30,719 bases of DNA from Octopus sinensis. Taxonomy: Eukaryota. The translations under genes and the position numbers were made by a program. Every line of letters begins with the position of its first letter. Position 1 is the stretch's first letter. Shown here piece by piece: positions 11,461 through 22,559 of the stretch. The notes beneath the pieces were generated by a model. The model did not search any database. It saw only the letters and a list, made by a program, of their open reading frames with translations, and was not told the DNA's origin. The stretch is taken from NCBI RefSeq assembly GCF_006345805.1, contig NW_021832661.1, forward strand, positions 1 to 30,719, read 5' to 3'.

Positions 11461-11993
11461 GCTACTGTCTGGTGTCTCCTCCAGGAGGGAGTATACGCGC
11501 TACGGAAACAATAAACCGTTCCTATGAGTTTATATGACCTGGGAACAATCCTTATCCCATTTCTCTTATCTTTAGCAGAGTCCGCTTCTTTGGAAAGGTT
11601 CTGGTCAGATCACCAGTCTGAAGATACTTCAACGTTTTCATAAAGAACCATTTTTTTTTGCAACAATACATGTCTTCTTCTTGTCTTGAGTCAGAATTCA
11701 CCCGGGGTAGGATGAGCTGGCTTCATTCATCCTCAATGCTGCATTTCTCACAAACGCCGACCAGATCCTTCAAACATCCTTCAAACATTCCAACAACATA
11801 TGAGCCGTGATACAATAATATTCTTTATTTCAAGGTGCAAAGGTATAATTTGAGGGACATTTGGTGGTTAATCTTAGCAAGTCGATAGGAAATGCGTAGA
11901 ACTACCGTATAAAATGAGTTTCAACCAGAAGGCTAGAGAACACATTGTCTACCTGAACTCTTTGATAATTCCCGGATCAGCATTTACTTTAAG

Positions 11994-12077
11994 CCATGGT
12001 AAAAGCCAACAGCAGGAGCAATATCAGCAGGACGAATACGAAAGAGGAACGAAGAACAGCTACAACACTTACAAAAC
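11994..12077 (+). CDS. Candidate host exon (84 nt, phase 2-2), HGKSQQQEQYQQDEYERGTKNSYNTYK
   Basis: TTTACTTTAAG acceptor (alternative CAG at 11980); GTATGA donor; open frame; no homology recognised. Confidence 0.25.
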
Positions 12078-12118
12078 GTATGATGTATAAGATTTATATA
12101 AATTGTTTAACGTCTTTA

Positions 12119-12264
12119 GGTGCAGGCGTGGCTGTGTTATAGGAAGTTTGTGTCTGGGTTCGGTTCCACTATGTGGAATCTTGGGCAAGTGTCTTCTACA
12201 ATAATCTCGGGGCTACCAAAGACTTTTGAGTGGATTTGCTGGACGAAAACTGGAAGAAGCCTGT

Positions 12265-12309
<45 letters not shown>

Positions 12310-12321
12310 GAAGAAGCCTGT

Positions 12322-12327
<6 letters not shown>
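12119..12327 (+). mobile_element. SINE family A 5' half, degenerate, with short local duplication
   Basis: TCTTGGGCAAGTGTCTTCTAC; AAACTGGAAGAAGCCTGTCGC occurs twice, separated by (TA)n. Confidence 0.8.
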
Positions 12328-12376
<49 letters not shown>

Positions 12377-12381
12377 TATAT

Positions 12382-12426
<45 letters not shown>

Positions 12427-12458
12427 TGAAAAATAAAGAAACTATCACATATGTATAT

Positions 12459-13038
12459 ATCCTTTTCTACTCTAGGCACAAGGCCCGAAATTTTGTGGAG
12501 GAGACCAGTCGATTAGATCGACCCCAGTACGCAACTGGTACTTAATTTATCGACCTCGAAAGAATGAAAGGTAAAATTGACATCGGCGGAATTTGAACTC
12601 GGAACGTAAAGACAGACGAAATACCGCTAACCATTTCGCCCGGCGTGCTAACGTTTCTTATTTCTATATAGCCCACAAGGGGCTAAACATAGAGGGGACA
12701 AACAAGGACAGACAAAGGGAATAAGTCGATTACATCGACTCCAGTGCGCAACTGGTACTTAATTTATCGACCCCGAAACGATGAAAGGCAAAATCGACCT
12801 CGGTGGAATTTGAACTCAGAACGTAACGGCAGACGAAATACCTATTTCTTTAATACCCACAAGGGGCTAAATACAGATGGGACAAACAAGAACACACAGA
12901 CGGATTAAGTCGATTACATCGACCCAAGTGCGTAACTGGTATTTATTTAATCGACCCCGAAAGGAAGAAAGGCAAAGTCGACCTCGGCGGAATTTGAACT
13001 CAGAACGTAAAGACAGACAAAATACTGCTAAGCATTTT
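12459..13038 (-). mobile_element. SINE family C trimer (two tail-1 units and one tail-2 unit)
   Basis: Three bodies; junction GAAATACCTATTTC at about 12835-12848; distal unit ends in the GGGCCTTGTGCCTAGAGTAGAAAAGG tail. Confidence 0.85.
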
Positions 13039-13049
13039 GTGTATCGATA

Positions 13050-13263
13050 CTATGTTTGTGTGTCTGTGTTTGTCACCCCAACATCGCTTGACAACCAATG
13101 CTGGTGTATTTACGTCGCTGTAACTTAGCGGTTCGGCAAAAGAGACGATAGAATAAGTACTAGGCTTACAAAAAGTAAGTCCTGGGGTCGATTTGCGCGA
13201 CTAAAGGCGGTGCTCCAGCATGGCCACAGACAAACGACTGAAACAAGTAAAGGAGTAAAGAGT
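13050..13263 (+). mobile_element. SINE family A 3' half (continuation of the 12119 copy)
   Basis: CATCGCTTGACAACCAATGCTGG...GGCGGTGCTCCAGCATGG...GTAAAGGAGTAAAGAG. Confidence 0.85.
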
Positions 13264-13337
13264 ATATATATATTTATATGTGTGCATGTATTCATATATG
13301 TATGTATGTATCTGTGTATTTATGTATGCGTTTGAGA

Positions 13338-13488
13338 GAGCTTTCTCCAGTTTTTGCCTATCAAATCCACTTATAAGGCTTTGGCCTGCCAAGTGCTACA
13401 GTTAAAGAACTTGCTCACGGTGCCGCACAGCCGGACTGAATCCAAGGCCACATTGCTGGTAAGCAAGCTTCTTGAAGACTCAGCCACA
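13338..13488 (-). mobile_element. SINE family A 5' half, degenerate
   Basis: AAATCCACT...GGTAAGCAAGCT match the family A head in reverse. Confidence 0.65.
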
Positions 13489-13824
13489 GAGACGAGATAA
13501 AACTGAAAAAATCTTCTGTATCACATATCCTTGGTATTTTGAAAAGAAACGAAATTGCTGTCTTATCAACTCTTATCGCTGAAACGAAGAAAACATGACC
13601 AAGTACAAATATTACATAACACCACGGTTATCGGGTAAGATGATTTATATGAACTCCGAAATAAACTAGGAAAAAATATGGTAGCAAGAAATACTGTGTG
13701 TTAATACATTCCCGTCCTTCTTGTTTTCTTCATGGTTATTTTATATTTTGTTTGAGTTTAATTTTGATGTCCACGGCATGTTTTGTAAATAACACTCAGT
13801 CTGCCCTCAATTCTCTATCTCTAG

Positions 13825-13914
13825 AAAGGAATGTAACTCTAGTTATAAAATGTATGAAAATAAAAGACCGGAAACTGCAATTAAACAACAGCAACAAGAA
13901 TACTTTGCCGAAGT
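13825..13914 (+). CDS. Candidate host exon (90 nt, phase 2-2), KECNSSYKMYENKRPETAIKQQQQEYFAE
   Basis: Pyrimidine-rich acceptor CTCAATTCTCTATCTCTAG; GTGAGC donor; open, frame-preserving; lies in non-repetitive DNA. Confidence 0.35.
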
Positions 13915-14276
13915 GTGAGCTTCTGCACACTTGCTCAAGTTGCGAGAAATAGCAGTCAATTAGCTCTAAAATGGCGTATGTGTTGCACGTAGAGTGTAAA
14001 TGAAGAAAAAATGGAAGCGCATGTGTATGTATGTATGTTTGTTGGGTCATTGTCGCGTAGTTGAAGGTTGTGTCTTCGTTCTCGCTTGTACACCATCTTA
14101 GAGCGGGTGTTGATAAAGAAACTGTGAATGATAGGTGCCAGATTTCAATGTACTAGGATTGAATGTGTTAGCTGAACTCTCTCAAACTGGAATCTTAATC
14201 GAATGTGTGTATGTGTGTGTGTGTTTATGTGTGTATATGTATGTATTATGTATTTATGTGTGTTTATGTATATATT

Positions 14277-14510
14277 AGGCGTCGAGCTGGTAGAAACGTT
14301 AGCACGCCGAGCAAAATGCTTAGCGGTATTTCGCCTGCCGTTACGTTCTGAGTTCAAATTCCGCCGAGGTCGACTTTGCCTTTCATCCTTTAGGGGTCGA
14401 TTAAATAAGTACCAGTTACGCACTGGAGTCGATGCAATCGACTTGATCCATGTGTCTGTCCTTGTTTGTCCCCTCTGTGTTTAGCCCCTTGTGGGTAGTA
14501 AAGAAATAGA
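14277..14510 (+). mobile_element. SINE family C monomer
   Basis: Full head, body and tail 1. Confidence 0.9.
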
Positions 14511-14533
14511 TATGTATTATGCATGTATATGAA

Positions 14534-14610
14534 TGGCTTCTTTCAGTTCTTGTCTACGAAATTCACTCACGAGGTTTTGGTCTGCCTGGTGCTATAGTTA
14601 AAGACACTTG
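14534..14610 (-). mobile_element. SINE family A fragment
   Basis: GGCTTCTTTCAGTT...AAATTCACTCAC...GCTATAGTTAAAGACACTTG. Confidence 0.65.
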
Positions 14611-14879
14611 AAGCTTTTTCAGAGCTTAAAATGTCCCCAGCACACAGCTGAAGTGGTGGCGAAATGAATGTTCATGAGTTACCAGTTGGTGCATGTTGAA
14701 CCCGTGTCCACTTTTGACAGGACAGGACACTTAAATCCACATTTCTCATCTCACATAAAATACCTGTTGCAGAAAAGATGACAGGTGGCATTTTAATGGA
14801 AATATTACTCACGAATCGACGAATAATCCAAGATATAGTAGTTTCATATAGCATCCCAACCTGGTGCATAACCCCAACC

Positions 14880-15000
14880 CATTTTCCGTCTCTCTCTTCT
14901 CATTCGTATTTTCTCTTTATTTTTCTTGTAAACTTTTCATCTGATGAAGTACTTGCGTCCGAATCGCTAAGATTCCCTCCGTCCCTCTGAGATAAATACA
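14880..15000 (+). mobile_element. Penelope-like terminal fragment with hammerhead-like motif, degenerate
   Basis: Pyrimidine tract, CTGATGAAGTACTTGCGTCCGAATCGCTA, then CCCTCC.TCCCT..CTGAG; same layout as the 17264 repeat in reverse. Confidence 0.45.
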
Positions 15001-15194
15001 GCATGTAGAGTGTGTGGTAAGTATTTTGCTTACGAACCACACGGTTCCGGCTTCAGTGCCACTGCGTGGCACCTTGGGCAAGTGTCTTCTACTATAGCCT
15101 CGGGCCGACCAAAGCCTTGTGGGTGGATTTGGTAGAGGGAAACTGAAAGAAGCCCGTCGTATATATTATATATGTATATATATATATACGTGTT

Positions 15195-15250
<56 letters not shown>

Positions 15251-15472
15251 TGTGTCTGTGTTTTTCCTCCCACCCACACCATCGCTTGACTACCGATGCT
15301 GGTGTGTTTACGTCCCCGTAACTTAGTGGTTCCGCAAAAGAGGCCGATAGAATAAGTATTAGGCTTCCAAAGAATAAGTCCTGGGGTCGATTTGCTCGAC
15401 TAAAGGCGGTGCTCCAGCATGGCCGCAGTCAAATGACTGAAACAAGTAACAGAGTAAAAGATAGTAAAGAGT
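15001..15472 (+). mobile_element. SINE family A, near full length
   Basis: Both halves, central TA/TG tract and GTAAAAG-type tail. Confidence 0.9.
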
Positions 15473-15807
15473 ATAAACATACTAATGCAGTTATTTGAAA
15501 TAAATTTGGAGTGGATTTGATAGGCAAAAATTGAAGATGCGTAATATGTATGTAGATATCTATTAAGAAACAGGTAGAATAAAATATTTCATGCGACAAA
15601 TTTCCGGTTCATTACAATGAAGAATACCATTGTGTTAGACGAGCAAATAAATAATTCCCAAATCTTTCTCAAATCTCACACTTGAATCATTTAGAATATA
15701 AAAAGGAAAATGACACTTAAGATAATTAGTCTAAGATAACACATCTTAATATAAAAGACGTGATAGACATGACTGGAATGACTTTGATAAGAATTTTCCT
15801 CAAACAG

Positions 15808-15928
15808 AATTGATGGAGGACAAAGCAACAACACAGCAACGAAAAAAGCAGACGATAGCAACAAGAAGGATGGCGTCGACAACGACAGCGAGGCTTACAA
15901 CAACATCTGCCCCACTTTTACGACATAA
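15808..15928 (+). CDS. Candidate terminal host exon (phase 2), IDGGQSNNTATKKADDSNKKDGVDNDSEAYNNICPTFTT*
   Basis: TTTTCCTCAAACAG acceptor; phase compatible with 13825-13914; could instead be decayed CAA/CAG low-complexity DNA. Confidence 0.2.
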
Positions 15929-16477
15929 ATCAGACATTAAACAGGTGAAGTGGTGTTTGACAGAAATAATACTAAATTTACAAGATACAACGAATCAAAA
16001 ACGTGAGTATCAATTCGCACACACACACACACACGTACGGACATACACGAATACACAAACACACTCGTATGCACACATACACATATGCAAACACATACAT
16101 AAATATACACACCTACAATGAGTTTGGGCGTAGAAACGAGAGAAAAAAACGGTTACACAATGCGTCTTTATTTATTCATTTGTTCAGAGCTGAAACAACA
16201 CCATAAACATAAAAATCAAATATATTGACTACGAAAATACACAGACAACCACATATATATATAAGTATGTCTATGCGTGTATGTGTGCATAATTATGCAC
16301 ACACACACACATACACATACACACACAAATACATAACAATACAGAAGCGCACATATATTTCTACATTGGGCGTTCAAAAAGCGACAATAAAAGAAAACCA
16401 CTACAATTTTAAGTGTTTCTTAGTAGCAGTTGCTTATGAGGGTGTGTAAATGCTCGTGGTTGTATATAAATCCACTT

Positions 16478-16630
16478 TATATAGCTTGCTTTCCGACCAC
16501 ACGGTCCCGGATTCAGTCCCACTGCGTGACACCTTGTGGAGATGTTTCTACTATAGACCTGGGCCGACCGAAAACTTGTGAGTGGATTTGCTAGACGGAA
16601 ACTGAAAGAAGTCCCTCGTGTATATATATA

Positions 16631-16711
<81 letters not shown>

Positions 16712-16892
16712 CTATATATATGTGTGTGTGTGTGTGTGTATGTCTTTGTAACTTAGCGGTTTGGAAAAATAAAGATCGATAGAATAAATGCTAGGCTTTA
16801 AATAAAATAAGTCATGTGGTCGATTTCTTCGACTGTAAAAATTAAAGGCGATGCTACAGCACGGCCGCCGTCCAATGACTGAAACAAGTAAC
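16478..16892 (+). mobile_element. SINE family A, degenerate, both halves
   Basis: 5' half about 16478-16620; 3' half about 16745-16892. Confidence 0.75.
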
Positions 16893-16923
16893 AGACACAC
16901 ACACACACACACACACATATATA

Positions 16924-17136
16924 CTAGGGTGCGCTGAAAAGTGACTGGCGTTAAGGGTATCGCAAAAGGCCTGGCTGGAGGCCCGACATTCCAATTTCTT
17001 TTACAGGGCTTAGAAAAACTGAAGGACGCTGAAATATGTGGGGATCTGAGAGGGGAATGTATTAAATAAAATCATAATTAACCAATTCTCCTGTATTTTC
17101 TTTTACCTTAATCCAGGAACTTTTCAACAACTTTCG
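16924..17136 (+). mobile_element. Mariner-type MITE, second copy
   Basis: Homologous end to end with 2355-2570; degenerate TIRs; TA-rich flanks. Confidence 0.75.
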
Positions 17137-17210
17137 TTTATATATACATACATACATATATATATACATATAGTCCCGAAATGTGAGGTATCGTATCTTG
17201 TAAATTCCAA

Positions 17211-17242
<32 letters not shown>

Positions 17243-17263
17243 CTATATATATATATATATATA

Positions 17264-17466
17264 GTTAATCCAAACAAGAAAACACAAAAAAAAAAACACA
17301 ACACGCGAGGACGTGGAACAAATAAAGTGTTATTGGACGCTCAGCAAAGAAGGGAAGGAGGAGGGTTTAACGTTTCTGGCGGAGCTCTTCGTCGGAAACA
17401 TAGGAGAAGGAAAGATCCCGAGAAGGGAAGACAGAGAAAAAAAATCGCCAGCGGTACTCACGAGGT

Positions 17467-17500
<34 letters not shown>

Positions 17501-17695
17501 CATACATGTGTATATATATGTATGTATATATTTATATATATACATATGTATATAAATAAATATATTAATATATATATGTGTATGTATATATATATATATA
17601 TTATATATACATACATGTGTATATATATGTATATATGTATTTATATATATACATATGTATATAAATAAATATATTAATATATATGTGTATATATA

Positions 17696-17742
<47 letters not shown>

Positions 17743-17943
17743 ATCCAAACAAGAAAACACAAAAAAAAAAACACAACAACGCGAGGACGTGGAACAAATA
17801 AAGTATTATTGGACGCTCAGCAAAGAAGGGAAGGAGGAGGGTTTAACGTTTCTGGCGGAGCTCTTCGTCGGAAACATAGGAGAAGGAAAGATCCCGAGAA
17901 GGGAAGACAGAGAAAAAAAAATCGCCAGCGGTACTCACGAGGT

Positions 17944-17975
<32 letters not shown>

Positions 17976-18179
17976 CATACATGTGTATATATATGTATGT
18001 ATATATTTATATATATACATATGTATATAAATAAATATATTATATATATATGTGTATGTATATATATATATATTATATATACATACATGTGTATATATAT
18101 GTATATATGTATTTATATATATACATATGTATATAAATAAATATATTAATATATATATGTGTATATATATATATATATC

Positions 18180-18215
<36 letters not shown>
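17264..18215 (-). repeat. About 475-bp tandem duplication of a Penelope-like terminal fragment plus TA/TACA microsatellite
   Basis: 17264-17466 and 17739-17943 are nearly identical; each carries TTTCCGACGAAG...GAAACGTTAAAC on the minus strand. Confidence 0.8.
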
Positions 18216-18216
<1 letters not shown>

Positions 18217-18249
18217 GATGACTAAGTGTACGACAGGGTTGAACACAAT

Positions 18250-18395
18250 TTGTGTCTACCAAATTCGCTCAGAAAGAATTAGTCGGTCCGGGGATATAGT
18301 AGAAGCCACTTGCACCTAAAGTGCGGCACAGCGGAACTGAATTCGAAACCGCATGGTTACGAACCGAATTTCTCAACTACACATCTATGTCTGCA
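18250..18395 (-). mobile_element. SINE family A 5' half, degenerate
   Basis: GTCTACCAAATTC...TATAGTAGAAG.CACTTG...GAACTGAA. Confidence 0.65.
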
Positions 18396-19767
18396 TCTGT
18401 ATCGGTATATCTAAAATAAGTTATCTGGGCAAATGTATGGAAAAAAATAAATGTTTTAAAACAAATAATCAAATTGCATGTGCGTAACCCAATAAACACA
18501 CAGTTTGAAAGAAACGTAGGTAAATTTGTATTCACAGTTCGACAAATGTGTGTAACAGGCCATAGCTGAGTCGACCTAAAACCTGAGTTCATTTCAATAG
18601 TTTTACTAATCTCCCGAGAGATTATCGCTAACCAAGTGGTCATCATAATACAAATAATTAGTGGAATGGTCGGCGGTTCCTATGCTTTACCAGTATTGCA
18701 TTGAATTCGTAGCCATGACACAAATCTCAATCCAGTCAGCCTAGATAAATTTATAGATTAATAAATCGTTGTTACCCAAATCAAGTGTACCGTAATATTG
18801 CCGTTTGCTTAATCAAATTTTAGCACCGAGTTCAATTTTCCTTGGTATAACTTGGAGAAGATTAGACTCGGGAACATCTAGTACGTTTGCCTGAGGTACT
18901 CATAGACTCCCTCACTCCGTCTTTTCATTATTGCCCTTTCCATTCAGTATGTTAAGGGACTTGTTTCTCCATAAGCTTCTCAAATATCAAGGGCCCTTTC
19001 TTTTTCAAGTATCCCTTTACCTAACAGCAGACACCCACAAAAGGTGTTTTTTTAACTAAATTCTTGTAAATTAAATTATTTGATTTCATAACAGGAAAGA
19101 AACAGAAATATCAAATGTTAAAAGCTTGTAGTTGTTTGTGTCTTAACCGGAAGTCATAAACCTTACTGAATAGCATCCGGTGACATCAGTAGAGGGAATT
19201 AAGAGATAAGAGATAATTCGGTTGGAGCTTCTTATCTTCGTTTCCTTTTATTCAAAATAAACATCAGGAATTACGTTGTTTTTGTAATACTATTTATCTT
19301 CCAGTCATAGAGGATGTCTCTACCTACTAAAGTTTCTTTTATAATTTCATTAAACATTAACATCGCACACAATACATTTATTACGTTGAAGCTGCTATCT
19401 GATTTGGGTTTGTGTCAAATTAAAAGAAAATTCTGCTTCGAAATCGAGAAAGTTCTCTGAAGAATTAAGTTTCTTTATCTTTTAAGTTTCTAGATTTTTA
19501 TTCATCTTATCTTATACTTTTATATGTTTTAGCCCAAAGAATATGGCTTTGCTTGAGCACCGCCATTGTAATCACCTTTTAAATGATCATTCTTATGTTA
19601 TTTCATCTAGAATCTTGGAGAACAGATACCAGAAGTTCTTCAATAAAAATTTTAATTCTGATCAGGGAAGCAGCAGATTTGAATATAGATGCCAAAATTT
19701 ATAAATTCGAAAACGTTTTTAGAAATTTCAATTCACGTGAAGTGTATTAATGTGAAATGATTTTGTA

Positions 19768-19836
19768 GAATATGTTAGAAGAGTTTCGAGTGGAATATTT
19801 TAGAAGATTTTCGAGTGGAATATGTTAGATTTTCGA
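19768..19836. repeat. 25-bp minisatellite, about 2.8 copies
   Basis: GAATATGTTAGAAGAGTTTCGAGTG repeated with variation. Confidence 0.8.
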
Positions 19837-20365
19837 TCTGTACGATTGAGGGTTCTCAACCAAATAGCCCATAATGAAAAGAAATTTAACGTTGCGAACA
19901 AACTTGAAACAAATTTGTCGAAGCCCTGAATAATGGTTTGCAGTATATTTGAACGCAGCAGGAAGCTCACGTTATCTCATTGAACAAGCTTCCTCAGCAT
20001 CATAACAACATTATCTCTTTGAAGAAACATTTATATATTATCTACCGGTAAATAAAAGATGATTTACAAAGTTTACATGAATGTTGACAACAAATTCATT
20101 CGCCAGAAAGCCATACTATAACTAGCAGACGAAAAACTCATAGAGATAGTATTACTTCTTTGTGTAAGATTGCGGCCAGTGAAAACATCAAAGCTAAAAA
20201 TACGACTTTCACATCCGGGTGGAAATTCTCTTTATCAAAATGAAATCAAGCCACACACGCACAGCTGCTCTTTTCGGAGGTTGGATGTCGGTATTGCCGT
20301 TACATATAATTTTTATTCAGTACGACTCAGAATCTAACGATAGCATTGCTATATCATTGATTATA

Positions 20366-20931
20366 TTGGGTTGTCCGGAAAGTTCGTGCCGATTTATAGT
20401 AGCTTAACTTTCGACTTATTTTAGAACATGGTTGAGTCCATAAAATAGGATTTGACTACACCTCCATTTAGAGCACAGTTTAAGCTATCTTTTCGTGGAA
20501 GAAGGTTTATGTTCCTATAACCTGTGTTAATTCTGTAACCCTTTAAAATAGAAAATAAGAAAGTTCATTTTCGGCACTCGATGCTTTGGGAACCAGACAA
20601 GAATTGTTGCAGCTCGGCTGGGATGTGTCACTCCATCCTCCATATTCACCAGATACTGCTCCTTCGGATTTCCACTTATTCAGGTCTCTGAAGAATAGTC
20701 TTAATAGTAAAAATTTCAATTCTTTGGATGACATAAAAAGATACCTTGATGAATTGTTTACCATGAAACCACCTCAGTTCTGGGAAGAGGGTATTTTCAA
20801 GTTAAAGGAAAGATGGAGACGCATTGTGCAACAAAATGGTTCATATTTGGTTGATTAAAAATGTAATGGCAAGTATTCATTGAGCTTTTTCTTTCCTTTA
20901 AAAATCGGCACGAACTTTCCGGACAACCCAA
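20366..20931 (+). mobile_element. Internally deleted mariner (Tc1/mariner) transposon
   Basis: Perfect 30-bp TIRs TTGGGTTGTCCGGAAAGTTCGTGCCGATTT (20366-20395 and 20902-20931); TA TSD; transposase N-terminal remnant ENKKVHFRH fused to the C-terminus HPPYSPDTAPSDFHLFRSL...KLKERW. Confidence 0.95.
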
Positions 20932-21631
20932 TAAAATGCGCTACGCAGTGATTTCTTTAAATACAAACTTGTTACCAGTTGAAATCTGCTTGACGCATAT
21001 CCGATCCCCTATGAAAGCCATTCATTGGGTTTTGTCATGGAGGAAATTTGTCACTGTATACTAATACTTATAAATACAGTGAATCGGCTCGCAGTGCCAC
21101 CTGACCAGCATGCGGGGTGCTTTGTATTTCGGAATAGTTATCTCCTCTTTAGTCACAGAAACCAGACAAGGTGACGCTGCAAGGATACAACAGAGACTGA
21201 TCTCTCTTATGATATACCCGTCATCGTACAATTTTCAACATCGTGTTAAAGCTTATGAAAACGTTTAGAGTAGTTACGCAATATTTTAAGCTGTCATCAA
21301 CAAGTGAAAGGATTTGGAGGAAACAAGATCAGCTAAAAGCTTCTAGTTGCTGTAAGCACATTCTCAGTGTGGGAATTCTTAAGTGGGTACGGCTAAAAGT
21401 ATTAAATACTTAGATAAATTGACGAAAGCCGTTTTGGAATTTAGGTATTCAGCAAATCTATTGTTCACACTCAATGCTAAAAGCTGCGATAAGGATATCT
21501 GTGATTTCTAAAGATAAAAAACATACCGAATAGCATCTCTTTTTTCCACAAATATCCTTGTAAATTAGAAGTGCGTCGTATGCGCATCTTAAACCCCAGT
21601 AAAGAAATACAGTATATATATATATATAAAT

Positions 21632-21823
21632 GAAAGAATGGAGTCGAACGAAGATTTTAACAAAATTCCTTTACTTTCAACATATGTTTCGAAGACTGCA
21701 TATTCTTAATTCCGAAGGAATAAAGGGTGCATTATGCCGTCTTCAACCGTGTTTTCTGACGTGAATTTGCTACCCAGGTATCGATTAACCGAATTATCAA
21801 TACTAGGATAATTCATTCACCTA

Positions 21824-21830
<7 letters not shown>
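21632..21830 (-). mobile_element. Possible Penelope-like terminal fragment with hairpin and hammerhead-like 3' core
   Basis: 12-bp inverted repeat (21691-21702 and 21733-21744) next to CGAAACATATGTT on the minus strand. Confidence 0.35.
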
Positions 21831-21867
<37 letters not shown>

Positions 21868-21892
21868 ATGCATGGATGTGTGTGTGTGTGCG

Positions 21893-22005
21893 TGCATGGT
21901 AAAACGTTTGCTTCCTAACCACATAGTTCCGGGTTCAGTCCCACTGCGTGCCGACCAAAGCCTAGTGGGTGGATTTGGGAGCTAGAACTGAAAGAAATCC
22001 GCCAT
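21893..22005 (+). mobile_element. SINE family A 5' half with internal deletion
   Basis: GTTCCGGGTTCAGTCCCACTGCGTG|CCGACCAAAGCC...ACTGAAAGAA. Confidence 0.8.
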
Positions 22006-22011
22006 GCATAT

Positions 22012-22024
<13 letters not shown>

Positions 22025-22044
<20 letters not shown>

Positions 22045-22399
22045 GCCAGAACGGGACGACACTGCATAGTTACAAAGGTCGCAGAAATGCCATCACGTTT
22101 CGGGACGAGTTACTGCAACAGCTTGGATTTCAAGGGCCCACAGCTTTATAATATTCTCCCAAAGAGTCTGAGGAACTTGCACACAGTAAATGTAGGGGTT
22201 TTTAAATCAAAGCTGGACCTCTTACTGTTGAGAATCCCAGATGAACCAACCTCACAGCAAGAGGTGCAAATGAGGGTAGCTATATCAAATTCCATGCTTC
22301 ACCAAGTGTCATATATTAGAGGAGGCTCTTAGTAATAATAGTGTAACAAAACGGCGGTGCATCAGTATGGCCACAGCTCTGAGCTGAAACTAGAGAGAG
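22025..22399 (+). mobile_element. CR1-clade LINE 3' fragment (ORF2 C-terminus plus 3' UTR)
   Basis: RTGRHCIV...NSLDFKGPQLYNILPKSLRNL...FKSKLDLLL..IPDEP...SNS is typical of invertebrate CR1 C-termini; 3' end GGCGGTGCATCAGTATGGCCACAG...CTGAAAC. Confidence 0.85.
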
Positions 22400-22559
22400 C
22401 ATAATATATATATCAAATTAAAAAGTAATGTAAAAATACATAACGGAAGATATGTTATAAACGATTATTAGTTCTGAATATATCAATGACCAAACATAGA
22501 AGAAGAATGCTTATAATTATGACCAAGTCACAATTATAGCTATAAATATTATATTTATA

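Noticed and set aside
12459-13038. SINE C multimers as CRISPR arrays or hammerhead retrozyme arrays
   Set aside because: Units are ~183-bp whole repeats with no unique spacers and no cas genes; no conserved hammerhead core in the unit (CTGATGA at about 25390 is a single-copy mutation)
19609-19748. Possible exon reading SWRTDTRSSSIKILILIREAADLNIDAKIYKFENVF
   Set aside because: Weak donor, no compatible neighbours identified, and within chance expectation for AT-rich DNA
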